Assembly (NCBI GenBank): GCA_030066085.1
Contig: JASJCI010000022.1
Location: forward strand, 6,644 to 70,643
Reading direction: 5' to 3'
Origin: Gammaproteobacteria bacterium
GTDB taxonomy: Bacteria > Pseudomonadota > Gammaproteobacteria > GCA-001735895
Length of the DNA: 64,000 nt
Below the pieces are notes generated by a model. The model had not been told where the DNA came from. It did not search any database and saw only the letters and a list, made by a program, of their open reading frames with translations. Position 1 is the first letter of the stretch. Each line of letters starts with the position of its first letter. The position numbers were made by a program, and so were the translations under genes. Of the stretch, positions 39,955 through 49,218 are shown piece after piece.

Positions 39955-40008
39955 TCACCATCGCCAGCGCAGCGTATCCTCGATTTTTTGCAAACGTTCT
40001 TGAGTCAT
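39955..40008 (-). CDS. trpL: trp operon leader peptide (MTQERLQKIEDTLRWRW), probable attenuator
   Basis: 17-codon ORF about 100 nt upstream of trpE with two Trp codons in its last three positions. It is followed about 20 nt later by a GC-rich segment and a T8 run (39927-39934 on the coding strand) just before the trpE SD. Confidence 0.6.
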   Translation of the reverse strand: MTQERLQKIEDTLRWRW

Positions 40009-40084
40009 TTTGATGCCAACCGTCAGGTCAGGAGCCAGAATCTAACACAGGCTCGACGGCAAGACCACGCCTAAATCGGACCGC

Positions 40085-40780
40085 TCAGACCGAGCCGACG
40101 CGCGCCAGTTCGTCGCGCATGCGCGCGATGATGCCGTCGTAGCGATTGGGATCGGCGGCATCGGCCTTGCCGAAGATGCCGGAGCCGGAAACGAAGGTAT
40201 CCGCGCCCGCGGCGGCAATCTCGGCGATGTTGTCGACCTTGACGCCACCGTCGATTTCGAGCCGGATATCGAAACCGGATGCGTCGATCAGCGCGCGCGC
40301 GGCGCGCAGCTTGTCGAGCGCGGCCGGGATGAAGCTCTGCCCGCCAAAGCCCGGGTTGACCGACATCAGCAGGATCATGTCGACCTTGTCGAGCACGTAG
40401 TCGAGGTAGCTGAGCGGGGTCGCCGGGTTGAACACCAGGCCCGACCTGCAGCCGTGTTCGCGCACGAGCGCGAGACTGCGATCGATATGCTCGGAGGCCT
40501 CCGGATGAAAGGTAATGTAAGTGGCGCCGGCCGCGGCAAAGTCGGGAATGATACGATCCACCGGGCTGACCATCAGGTGCACGTCGATCGGTGCCTCGAC
40601 GCCGTGCTTGCGCAGCGCCTCGCACACCAGCGGCCCGATCGTCAGGTTCGGTACGTAATGGTTGTCCATGACGTCGAAATGCACGATGTCCGCGCCCGCG
40701 GCGAGCACGTTGTCGACTTCCTCGCCGAGGCGAGCAAAATCGGCCGACAGGATGGAGGGGGCGATCTGGTAGTCCGGCAT
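40085..40780 (-). CDS. rpe: Ribulose-phosphate 3-epimerase
   Basis: Start trimmed to [29 protein letters not shown] and [12 protein letters not shown] blocks. Confidence 0.9.
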   Translation of the reverse strand: MPDYQIAPSILSADFARLGEEVDNVLAAGADIVHFDVMDNHYVPNLTIGPLVCEALRKHGVEAPIDVHLMVSPVDRIIPDFAAAGATYITFHPEASEHIDRSLALVREHGCRSGLVFNPATPLSYLDYVLDKVDMILLMSVNPGFGGQSFIPAALDKLRAARALIDASGFDIRLEIDGGVKVDNIAEIAAAGADTFVSGSGIFGKADAADPNRYDGIIARMRDELARVGSV

Positions 40781-40883
40781 ACTGGTTTCCGCTGACAAGA
40801 CGGCCGCAATTTACACCATCCGCGCACGGATTACAGCCCGGCCATCGGGGATAGACCCGCACCGCTTTTGTTACACTGCGAGC

Positions 40884-41093
40884 ATGCAACGGGACAGGCA
40901 GAAATCCCCGCAAACGGCGCTGCGCCAGGAGATTGCCGCGCTCGAGCACGAGTTGCGCCGCGTGCGCGACGGGCTCGAGCGCAATCGAACACCGGAACTC
41001 GAGCGGCGCGCGCGCCAGCTGCGCGACAATATCGAGCTGTGCCGGCGCGAGCTCGAAGCCGGCCTCAGGAGCGCTCGACCAGGCGACGAATAG
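40884..41093 (+). CDS. Hypothetical 69-aa Arg/Glu-rich coiled-coil protein
   Basis: Intergenic ORF with genome-typical high GC3. The last 28 nt overlap the convergent Mut7-C gene. Only a weak SD. No family recognised. Confidence 0.3.
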   Translation: MQRDRQKSPQTALRQEIAALEHELRRVRDGLERNRTPELERRARQLRDNIELCRRELEAGLRSARPGDE

Positions 41094-41814
41094 CGCCGCT
41101 CATGTGCGCGACATGGGAGCCTTCCCAGTAGATCTTGCCGCAGTCCGGACAACGGTAAAAGGACTCGTAGAAACGCCGGGTCAGCGGCTCGAGACTGGAC
41201 CAGACCGTTTCGCGGTCGACGCTTTCGATCAGGCCGTTACACTCGAGGCAGCGCCGCAGGGGATCGACCTGGCCGGCCAGGTCGAGGCGCGCAACGACTT
41301 CGCACAGCTGGGTATCCGGATCGTCCGAGCGCACCCAGTAGCCGTGGCTTACCGCCTTGCGGAACAGCAGGCGCCGGTCGCGGGTCAGGATGATGCGCCG
41401 CTCGCGGCGCGCGATATCGACGATTTCACGATCCTCGAAACGATTACCGTAGCAGGTGTCGAAGCCGAGCATACGCAGCCGCCGCGCGAGCTTGCCGAGG
41501 TTGACATCGACCATGAAGCGCGTGACCCGCAGCGGCCGGGGCCGCAGGTGCTGCAGCGATGAGATATCGAAGCTCTCGAACAGCGGGTAGACCGCGATCC
41601 GCTCGCCGTCACCGAGCGGGTGGTAAAACCCCACCGAGAGGCCGTCGACCAGCACCAGGTCGACCTCGCTGTGCGGCACGCCGAGAGTTTCGATCGGGTC
41701 CTTGACGGCAGGGTTGCCATCGAAACGGTACTCGAGGGTTTTACCGCGGTCGGCGGGTTCGAGAAAATCGTTCAATTCCTCGTAAAAGCGAAAACTGGCG
41801 AGCTTCGGCTTCAT
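41065..41814 (-). CDS. Mut7-C RNase domain (DUF82) protein with an N-terminal ubiquitin-like Mut7-C domain
   Basis: 249 aa. C-terminal CxxC...CPxCG zinc-ribbon (CLECNG...CPDCGKIYWEGSH) and a PIN-like central region typical of Mut7-C/DUF82. Confidence 0.6.
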   Translation of the reverse strand: MKPKLASFRFYEELNDFLEPADRGKTLEYRFDGNPAVKDPIETLGVPHSEVDLVLVDGLSVGFYHPLGDGERIAVYPLFESFDISSLQHLRPRPLRVTRFMVDVNLGKLARRLRMLGFDTCYGNRFEDREIVDIARRERRIILTRDRRLLFRKAVSHGYWVRSDDPDTQLCEVVARLDLAGQVDPLRRCLECNGLIESVDRETVWSSLEPLTRRFYESFYRCPDCGKIYWEGSHVAHMSGAIRRLVERS

Positions 41815-41945
41815 GTCAATGTCGGTTGCCGCCCGGGTACGGTGCTGCGGTCGAGTCTAGCAAGGTTTCACCGGCGCTCCCAGACGGCCAGCGCGGCCGC
41901 ATGGCTGGCCAGGCCGATGGCGTTGTGCTAAAAATCACCGTCGCT

Positions 41946-42515
41946 ATGAGCCACGACACCTTCGCAGAAAACCAGCGCCGCTGCAGCCTGGCCGATGACG
42001 ACCAGGCCTGGCTGTTCGGCTACGGCTCGCTGATTTACCTGGTCGATTTCCCCTACCTGGATTCGCGCCCGGCGAGCATTCGCGGCTGGAGCCGACGCTT
42101 CTGGCAGGGATCGCACGATCACCGCGGTACGCCCGCGCACCCCGGTCGCGTGGTCACGCTGATCGAGGATGCCGAGGCCGTGTGCGGCGGTGTTGCCTTC
42201 CTGGTCGAAGCACCGGTATTCAGGCAGCTCGATCAGCGCGAAAAGAACGGCTACCTGCGGGTCGAGACCGAAATGACGTTTGCCGACGGGTCGCAGGCTA
42301 GCGGCCTCACTTATCTCGCGACGCCGGAAAACGAGGCCTGGCTGGGCCCGGCCAGCGAACTCGAAATCGCACGCCATATCTGTGGCGCGCGCGGCCCCAG
42401 CGGCGAAAACACGGATTACCTGCTCGACCTGGCGCACTCGCTGAGGGCACTGGAGCTCGACGATCCGCACGTATTCGCGATCGAAGCGCATATCCGCGAC
42501 CTGCAACGGGCCTGA
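41946..42515 (+). CDS. chaC: Gamma-glutamylcyclotransferase, ChaC family
   Basis: Start trimmed to MSHDTF. WLFGYGSLIY, HDHRGTPAHPGRVVTL and a catalytic Glu region. Confidence 0.75.
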   Translation: MSHDTFAENQRRCSLADDDQAWLFGYGSLIYLVDFPYLDSRPASIRGWSRRFWQGSHDHRGTPAHPGRVVTLIEDAEAVCGGVAFLVEAPVFRQLDQREKNGYLRVETEMTFADGSQASGLTYLATPENEAWLGPASELEIARHICGARGPSGENTDYLLDLAHSLRALELDDPHVFAIEAHIRDLQRA

Positions 42516-42627
42516 AACAACCGGCCATCGGCTTTTGTCGGGTTAGCCATCGAAAAATATCCATGGCCTCGCACCCGGCCCGGGCCTATGCTTGCTGCAT
42601 TCCCAGGCAGGCCGAGGCAACCGACGC

Positions 42628-43602
42628 ATGACCGATTTCACCCGCAGCGCGCCCGTCGAGCACAGCGATCTGCTGCCGACCGTGCTGGTAGTGATGTCCT
42701 GCGTCTGCTTCGGCAGCATCCCGTTTTTCGCGCGCTCGCTGACCGATGCCGGCATGGCCTCCTACGCGGTCGCTTTTTGCCGCTACGGCCTGTCGGCACT
42801 GATCCTGCTGCCGATCTGGCTGGGCCTGCCCCGCCAGCACTGGCCGGTGGTTCTGTGGGGAGCCTGTTCGGGTATCGGCGTCGGCCTGGGCTGGATCGGC
42901 TTCGTGTACGCGTTGAAGACCGTGCCGGTCGCCAACGTCGGCGTGCTCTACATGACTTACCCGGTGTTTACCCTGCTGATCGGCTGGGCCTGGTTTCGCG
43001 ACCTGCCGTCGAAGCGCGCGATCAGCGGTGCGCTGATGGTCATCGTCGCCGCCCTGCTGGCCAGCTCACCGGCCGCGATCGAACCGCACCACCTGCCGGC
43101 GATGCTGATATCGCTGAGCGCACCGATTACTTTCGGCCTGGCGATCAACATCCTGATCCACAAGCTGACGCCGATTTCGCCGCTGCAGCGGGTGGCATCG
43201 TTTTCCCTGGGATCGTCGCTGGCCCTGTTGCCACTGCTTCTGACCTCGGACGCGGTCGAGGTGCTGCCGCAGAATCCCGCGCACTGGTGGCTGGTCATCG
43301 GTCTTGCGCTCGGCACCGCGCTGATACCGCAGCTGGTTTACTCGGCCTTCGCGCCGCGGATCGGCGCGGCGCGCTCGGCCGTAGCCGGCGCGGTGGAGCT
43401 GCCGACCATGTTCCTGGTCGGCTGGCTGGTATTCGTGGAGTCCATCGGCTGGGTGCAGTGGCTGGCCTGCCTGCTGATCACGCTGGCGATCGTGATCACG
43501 CCGGCGCGCGGAGCGCGCAACCTGTCGACCCAGATCGTGCTGCCGGGCTCGCCGCCGGCAAAATCGAACCAGCGCCTGTCCGACGTCTGGTTCGACGACT
43601 GA
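42628..43602 (+). CDS. DMT superfamily (EamA-like) transporter
   Basis: Start trimmed to MTDFTRS. Ten TM segments in two EamA repeats. Confidence 0.65.
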   Translation: MTDFTRSAPVEHSDLLPTVLVVMSCVCFGSIPFFARSLTDAGMASYAVAFCRYGLSALILLPIWLGLPRQHWPVVLWGACSGIGVGLGWIGFVYALKTVPVANVGVLYMTYPVFTLLIGWAWFRDLPSKRAISGALMVIVAALLASSPAAIEPHHLPAMLISLSAPITFGLAINILIHKLTPISPLQRVASFSLGSSLALLPLLLTSDAVEVLPQNPAHWWLVIGLALGTALIPQLVYSAFAPRIGAARSAVAGAVELPTMFLVGWLVFVESIGWVQWLACLLITLAIVITPARGARNLSTQIVLPGSPPAKSNQRLSDVWFDD

Positions 43603-43705
43603 CCGCAGCGGGTCGAGCGTCACGAGCGAAGAGCAGCACGAGGCATTGCGCTCGGCGGCGGCGCCTCGTCCGCGGCTGGAATTGATTTAAACGTGGGAGC
43701 CGGAC

Positions 43706-44014
43706 CTACTTCAGGCTGTCGATATAGTCGGCGATATTGTCGATGTCGGCATCGCTGAGCCCCGCCGCCATCGCGTTCATGACGGGATGTTTGCGGGCGC
43801 CGCTGCGGTAGTCGGTCAGGTTCTGGCGAATGAACGCCGCGTCCCGACCCTTGAGCGTCGGGTTGGCTTCCACCGCGCTGACCCCGCCGACGCCGTGGCA
43901 GCCGATACAGCCGCGCGCGGCATAAGCCGTCTGGCCGGCCGCCACATCGGCTCGCAACGCTCCGTTCGACAGGCAGGTTACGGCGACACAAAGGCTGAGC
44001 AGGTACTTCTTCAA
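43706..44014 (-). CDS. Class I c-type cytochrome (c551/c552-like), periplasmic
   Basis: TTG start with a GGGAG SD. Signal peptide MKKYLLSLCVAVTCLSNGALRA. Single CIGCHG haem-binding motif and a distal Met (PVMNAMAAG). The ORF call has a long spurious extension. Confidence 0.7.
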   Translation of the reverse strand: MKKYLLSLCVAVTCLSNGALRADVAAGQTAYAARGCIGCHGVGGVSAVEANPTLKGRDAAFIRQNLTDYRSGARKHPVMNAMAAGLSDADIDNIADYIDSLK

Positions 44015-44117
44015 CGCGATCTCCCGGGTGGTATTCTCGCAGGTCACAACGGATAATGACGCAGCATTGTTGCAAAGCCACCCGTTGAAGTAAAGCGCGT
44101 CCAGGAGGCCCGAAGCC

Positions 44118-44702
44118 GTGCTCGAGAACCCGTCCGCATACAATCGAAAAATTCGCGCCGACCTCGCGATCGAGTACGAAGGCCTGCGTTTCGCCACCAC
44201 CTGGGGCCTGTTTTCACCGCGCGCCATCGACGACGGGTCGCGCCTGCTGCTGGACTACCTCGAACTCGAGACCGACAGCAACTGCCTCGACCTGGGCTGC
44301 GGCTACGGCGTGCTCGGGCTGGTGATGGCGCGGCGCGCGCCGGGCGGCCACACGCTGCTGGTGGACAAGGACTTCGTTGCCGTGGATTACGCCGAGAAAA
44401 ACCGTCGCGCCAACCGCATCGACAACGCCAGCTGCCTGCTCTCCAACGGTTTCGCGCAGGTACCGCCGCAGCAGTTCGACGTAATCGTTTCCAACATACC
44501 GGCCAAGGTTGGCAAGGAAATGCTCTACATCTACCTGTTCGACGCGCTCGAGTACCTGCGCCCGGGCGGTTCGTTCTACATCGTCACGATCACCGGGCTG
44601 CGGCAATTCTTCAAGCGCGGTTTCAGCGAGGTTTTCGGCCACTACGAAAAGATCAAGCAGGGCAAGACCTATACCGTTGCCCGCGGTATCAAGCAGTCCT
44701 GA
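44118..44702 (+). CDS. Class I SAM-dependent methyltransferase, RsmC/RlmG-type 'methyltransferase small' (MTS) domain only
   Basis: 194 aa. LDLGCGYGVLGL (motif I) and GSFYIVTI. Resembles the C-terminal catalytic half of RsmC. GTG start. Confidence 0.65.
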   Translation: MLENPSAYNRKIRADLAIEYEGLRFATTWGLFSPRAIDDGSRLLLDYLELETDSNCLDLGCGYGVLGLVMARRAPGGHTLLVDKDFVAVDYAEKNRRANRIDNASCLLSNGFAQVPPQQFDVIVSNIPAKVGKEMLYIYLFDALEYLRPGGSFYIVTITGLRQFFKRGFSEVFGHYEKIKQGKTYTVARGIKQS

Positions 44703-44743
44703 TTCTTTACCCTCGCGGGCTCGCGTCCCGGCGAGAACCCGCG

Positions 44744-45874
44744 TTATCGGCGCAGATGCGATTTGATCCTGTCGAGGAGTTCGAGGGCCTCGTCGACGCT
44801 GTCGCCGAGGCAGTTGACGTGACCCATCTTGCGCCCCGGGCGTGCCTCTTTTTTGCCGTAGAGGTGCAGCTTTGCCCGCGGCTCGGCAAGCACCCTGCCC
44901 CAGTCCGGAATCGAGTCGTCGGGCCAGGTATCGCCGAGCAGGTTCCACATCGCCACCGGGCCATGTTGGCCGCAGTCGCCGGCCGGCAGGCCGCAGACCA
45001 TGCGCACCTGCTGCTCGAACTGCGACGTCGCGCAGGCGTCCAGCGTATAGTGCCCCGAATTGTGCGGGCGCGGCGCCATTTCGTTGACCAGGATACGGCC
45101 GTCGCTGGAGACGAAAAACTCGACCGCGAGGACGCCGCAGTAATCGAGGCCGTCGGCAATGCGTTGCGCGGCCTCGATCGCTTCCGCCGCCAGCGCGGGT
45201 TCGATCGCGGCCGGTGCGAAGCTGACATCGAGAATACCGCCGGCATGGCTGTTTTGCGCGATCGGGAAACAGTCGACCTCGCCGGCTTGCGAACGCGCCA
45301 GCACCACCGACACCTCGCAGGCCAGCTCGATGCGCTGCTCGAGCACGCAAGCCTTGCCCCCGAGCGATTCGAACGCGGGCGCCAGCGCGGCGTAATCGTC
45401 ACAGGGCACCTGGCCCTTGCCGTCGTACCCGAGTTGCGCCGTTTTCAGGATCGCGGGAAACGGGAAGCCGCCTGCCGCGGCCAGGTCCGCTTCGCTTTCG
45501 AGCGCGAGATACTCGGCGGTAGCGAGTCCCTGCGCGCGAAAAAAATCCTTCTCCAGCCGGCGGTGCTGCGCGGTGCGCAGGGCATCGGCGGATGGATGTA
45601 CCGCCACGCTGGCGGCCAGGTAAGCCACGCTGTCAGCGGGTATGTTTTCGAACTCGGTTGTTATCACGGCACAGTGCGTCGCCATGTGATCGAGCGCTTC
45701 GCGGTCGTCGTAGGCGCGCGCGAGATGCTCGCTGGCGAGACCACCGGCGGGGCTGGTCGGATCCGGGTCGAGCACGATCACGTCGTAACCGAGGGTGCGC
45801 GCCGCCACCACGAACATGCGGCCGAGCTGGCCGCCGCCGAGCATACCGAGCGTTGCACCGGGCAGAATCGCCAT
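44744..45874 (-). CDS. purK: N5-carboxyaminoimidazole ribonucleotide synthase
   Basis: Start trimmed to MAILPGATLGMLGGGQLGRM. ATP-grasp blocks. Immediately follows purE. Confidence 0.9.
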   Translation of the reverse strand: MAILPGATLGMLGGGQLGRMFVVAARTLGYDVIVLDPDPTSPAGGLASEHLARAYDDREALDHMATHCAVITTEFENIPADSVAYLAASVAVHPSADALRTAQHRRLEKDFFRAQGLATAEYLALESEADLAAAGGFPFPAILKTAQLGYDGKGQVPCDDYAALAPAFESLGGKACVLEQRIELACEVSVVLARSQAGEVDCFPIAQNSHAGGILDVSFAPAAIEPALAAEAIEAAQRIADGLDYCGVLAVEFFVSSDGRILVNEMAPRPHNSGHYTLDACATSQFEQQVRMVCGLPAGDCGQHGPVAMWNLLGDTWPDDSIPDWGRVLAEPRAKLHLYGKKEARPGRKMGHVNCLGDSVDEALELLDRIKSHLRR

Positions 45875-45875
45875 G

Positions 45876-46370
45876 TCAGTTTGCGGGCGGCAGGGTTGCA
45901 GCGAGCACCGCGTCGCGCTGGCGGCTGCGAAAATCGTCCAGCGACCGCGCCAGTGCAGGATCCTGGTTGGCGAGCAGGGCAACCGCGAACAGCGCCGCGT
46001 TGATCGCGCCGGATTTGCCGATCGCGAAGGTGGCGACCGGGATACCCTTGGGCATCTGCACGATCGAGTAGAGCGAATCCTGGCCACGCAGGTGCTCGCT
46101 GGCAACCGGTACGCCGAGCACGGGTAGCCGGGTGTGGGCGGCCAGCATCCCCGGCAGGTGCGCGGCACCACCGGCGCCGGCGATGATACACTGAAAGCCG
46201 GCGTCGGCCGCCGCCTTGGCGAATTCAGCCAGCAGCTCCGGCGTGCGATGCGCCGAGACCACGCGCGCCTCGTACTCGACGCCGAAACCCTCGAGGGTGT
46301 CGACCGCGTGTTCCATCGTCGGCCAGTCGCTGCTGCTGCCCATTACCACTGCCACTTTTGCCCGTGCCAT
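45876..46370 (-). CDS. purE: N5-carboxyaminoimidazole ribonucleotide mutase
   Basis: [11 protein letters not shown] and [10 protein letters not shown] are PurE signatures. Start 46370, with a GGAG SD. Confidence 0.9.
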   Translation of the reverse strand: MARAKVAVVMGSSSDWPTMEHAVDTLEGFGVEYEARVVSAHRTPELLAEFAKAAADAGFQCIIAGAGGAAHLPGMLAAHTRLPVLGVPVASEHLRGQDSLYSIVQMPKGIPVATFAIGKSGAINAALFAVALLANQDPALARSLDDFRSRQRDAVLAATLPPAN

Positions 46371-46580
46371 GGCTCGCTCCGGGGGATGCCCCAAAAAAGC
46401 GGGCGATTATAACGCGAAAAGAACGAACCCGTATATGCCGCCGGTCTTCTACCCTGGACCAAGACAAGTTCATCGTGACGAACAACGGTGGAAGATAGCG
46501 GTGTAAAAAATGCAGCGTCGAATGACGATTCCGGATCGGCGCATGGTAACATTCGCCGCTTGTTGCCGCTGACGCCGACC

Positions 46581-47465
46581 ATGACCGACACCGCCATCCT
46601 CAAGTCCCACATCGAACGGCTCGACCTGATCGCGCGCGGCAAGGTGCGCGACATCTACGCCATCGACGACGCGCACATGCTGATCGTCGCCACCGATCGC
46701 CTGTCCGCGTTCGACGTCGTGTTCGACGAACCGGTGCCGGGCAAGGGCGCGCTGCTGACCGAGGTATCCAACTTCTGGTTTGCGCGCACGGCCGACATCG
46801 TCACTAATCACCTGACCGATCTCGACCTGCGCGACTACGTCTCCGCGGCGGAGTACGAGCAGCTGCGCGATCGCTCGATCATCGTGCGCCGCCTGCAGAC
46901 CCTGCCGGTGGAGGCAATCGTGCGCGGTTACGTGATCGGCTCGGGCTGGAAGGACTACCGGGCAACCGGCGCGATCTGCGGCATCGAGCTGCCACCGGAC
47001 CTGCCGCAGGCCGGCCAGCTGCCGGAGCCCATCTTCACGCCGTCGACCAAGGCCGAGGTCGGCGATCACGACGAAAACGTCAGCTTCGACTCGGTGGCCG
47101 ACAGGATCGGCCGTGACGTCGCCGAGCAGGTACGCCGCATCAGCATCGCGCTCTACCGCCGCGCCGCCGACCACGCGCGCGAGCGCGGCATCATCATCGC
47201 CGATACCAAGTTCGAGTTCGGCCTCGACAGCGATGGCGGGCTGGTGCTGATCGATGAAATCCTGACGCCGGATTCGTCGCGCTACTGGCCGGCCGACGAG
47301 TATCGCACCGGCATCAGTCCGCCGAGTTTCGACAAGCAGTTCGTGCGCGACTACCTCGAGACGCTGGACTGGGACAAGACGCCGCCACCACCACCGTTGC
47401 CGCCGGAAATCATCGAGCGTACGCGCGCGAAATACCAGCAGGTGCGCGATATCCTGCTCGGCTGA
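46581..47465 (+). CDS. purC: Phosphoribosylaminoimidazole-succinocarboxamide synthase (long form)
   Basis: Start trimmed to [22 protein letters not shown] and ADTKFEFG blocks. Confidence 0.9.
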   Translation: MTDTAILKSHIERLDLIARGKVRDIYAIDDAHMLIVATDRLSAFDVVFDEPVPGKGALLTEVSNFWFARTADIVTNHLTDLDLRDYVSAAEYEQLRDRSIIVRRLQTLPVEAIVRGYVIGSGWKDYRATGAICGIELPPDLPQAGQLPEPIFTPSTKAEVGDHDENVSFDSVADRIGRDVAEQVRRISIALYRRAADHARERGIIIADTKFEFGLDSDGGLVLIDEILTPDSSRYWPADEYRTGISPPSFDKQFVRDYLETLDWDKTPPPPPLPPEIIERTRAKYQQVRDILLG

Positions 47466-47536
47466 AACCCCGGCCAGGCACGACCCGGAACAAATACTGC
47501 TAGAATTCCGCCAGCCTCACTAGCGGAATCCCAGCC

Positions 47537-48151
47537 ATGTTCAGATCCATCGGCACCACCCTCATCACCGGTTTCTTCACCATCGTGCCGGTCATCCTGA
47601 CGGTATACCTGCTCTACTGGGGCGCGGTCACGTCCGAGGAGGTCATGGGCGACCTGTTACGCAAGCTGTTGCCCGACGTCTTTTACTTCCCCGGACTCGG
47701 CACCCTGGCCGGGCTGGTGATCGTGTTTCTCGTCGGCCTGCTGATGAAAGCGGTGCTGGTGCGCCAGGTATTCGCCGTCGGCGAAAATATCATCTACCAC
47801 CTGCCGATCATCAAGACCGTCTACAGCGCGATTCGCGACCTGTTCGATTTTTTCTCGCCGAAAAAGGACAGCTTTGGCCGCGTGGTCATCGTCTGTCTCG
47901 GTGAGGTCGAAATTATCGGCTTCGTCACCCAGGAAGACCCGGACCGCCTGCCCGAAGCGTTTCGCGGCGAAGACACCGTGCTGGTCTACCTGCCGATGAG
48001 CTACATGATCGGCGGCTACACCCTGCTGGTGCCGCAGTCCGCCATCCGCCCGTGCAACATGAGCATGGATGAAGCCATGCGCTTCGCGCTGACCGCGGGG
48101 ATCACCGGTAAAAAAGTACCGCAGGGCAAGGCGCGGGTGAAAACCGCATGA
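47537..48151 (+). CDS. DUF502 domain membrane protein
   Basis: 204 aa, two N-terminal TM segments, LPIIKTVYSAIRDLFDFF core. Confidence 0.7.
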   Translation: MFRSIGTTLITGFFTIVPVILTVYLLYWGAVTSEEVMGDLLRKLLPDVFYFPGLGTLAGLVIVFLVGLLMKAVLVRQVFAVGENIIYHLPIIKTVYSAIRDLFDFFSPKKDSFGRVVIVCLGEVEIIGFVTQEDPDRLPEAFRGEDTVLVYLPMSYMIGGYTLLVPQSAIRPCNMSMDEAMRFALTAGITGKKVPQGKARVKTA

Positions 48152-49134
48152 AGGCGATGACCCTGGCGGCTCCGGGGCAGCCGCTCGAGCAGGCGGAACT
48201 GCCGGATCCGCAACCCGGCCCGGGGCAGCTGCAGGTACGCGTATCCGCCTGCGGCGTCTGCCGCACCGACCTGCACGTGGTCGACGGTGACCTGACCGAG
48301 GCGAAGCTGCCGATCGTGCCCGGCCACGAAATCGTCGGCCGGGTCAGCGCGCTCGGTGACGGCGTCGACGGCTTCGAGCTTGGCCAGCGGGTCGGTATCC
48401 CGTGGCTCGGGCATACCTGCGGTACCTGCCCCTATTGCAAACAGGGTGCGGAAAACCTGTGCGACGCGCCGGGTTTTACCGGTTACCAGATCGACGGCGG
48501 TTATGCCGAACTGACCGTGGCCGACGCCGACTACTGTTTTGCGCTCGGCGAGGACGGCGACGATGCGGCGCTGGCGCCGCTGCTCTGTGCCGGCCTGATC
48601 GGCTATCGCTCGCTGGTCATGGCCGGCGAGGACGCGCGCCGACTGGGCATCTACGGCTTCGGCGCGGCGGCGCACATCGTCACCCAGGTCGCCGCCTGGC
48701 AAGGTCGCGAAATCTATGCGTTTACCAGCCCCGGCGACCGTGCCGCGCAGGATTTCGCGCGTTCGATGGGCGCCGCCTGGGCGGGTGGGTCCGACGAGTC
48801 CTCACCGGCGGAACTCGACGCGGCGATCATCTTCGCGCCGGTCGGCGCACTGGTGCCGGCCGCTTTGCGCGCGTTGCGCAAGGGCGGCGTGCTGGTGTGC
48901 GGCGGTATCCACATGTCGGATATTCCCGCCTTCCCGTACCGCGACCTGTGGGGCGAACGCGTGATTCGTTCGGTGGCCAACCTGACGCGCCAGGACGCGA
49001 TCGATTTCCTTGCGCTGGCGCCGCGCGTACCGGTACGTACCGAGGTGGTCGCGTATCCGCTGGCGCGGGCCAACGAGGCGCTCGCCGACCTGCGCAGCGG
49101 CCGCCTGACCGGCGCCGCGGTGCTGATCCCCTGA
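48148..49134 (+). CDS. Zinc-dependent alcohol dehydrogenase family oxidoreductase
   Basis: 328 aa. GVCRTDLH, GHEIVG and a structural-Zn site CGTCPYC. ATGA overlap with the DUF502 gene. Confidence 0.85.
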   Translation: MKAMTLAAPGQPLEQAELPDPQPGPGQLQVRVSACGVCRTDLHVVDGDLTEAKLPIVPGHEIVGRVSALGDGVDGFELGQRVGIPWLGHTCGTCPYCKQGAENLCDAPGFTGYQIDGGYAELTVADADYCFALGEDGDDAALAPLLCAGLIGYRSLVMAGEDARRLGIYGFGAAAHIVTQVAAWQGREIYAFTSPGDRAAQDFARSMGAAWAGGSDESSPAELDAAIIFAPVGALVPAALRALRKGGVLVCGGIHMSDIPAFPYRDLWGERVIRSVANLTRQDAIDFLALAPRVPVRTEVVAYPLARANEALADLRSGRLTGAAVLIP

Positions 49135-49218
49135 ATTTATCGCGAACTCGCCGCGCGGCGGCTCCTGCTGCCAGGCCGATAACCGACCGGCAAACGGCGG
49201 CGACGGGATCCTGGCCGC

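Noticed and set aside
44756-46003. 415-aa plus-strand ORF opposite purK/purE
   Set aside because: Antisense shadow of conserved pur genes.
46371-46580. PurR operator (ACGCAAACGTTTGCGT-like) in the purE / purC divergent region
   Set aside because: No 16-bp palindrome resembling the PUR box is present. High-GC gammaproteobacteria often lack PurR.
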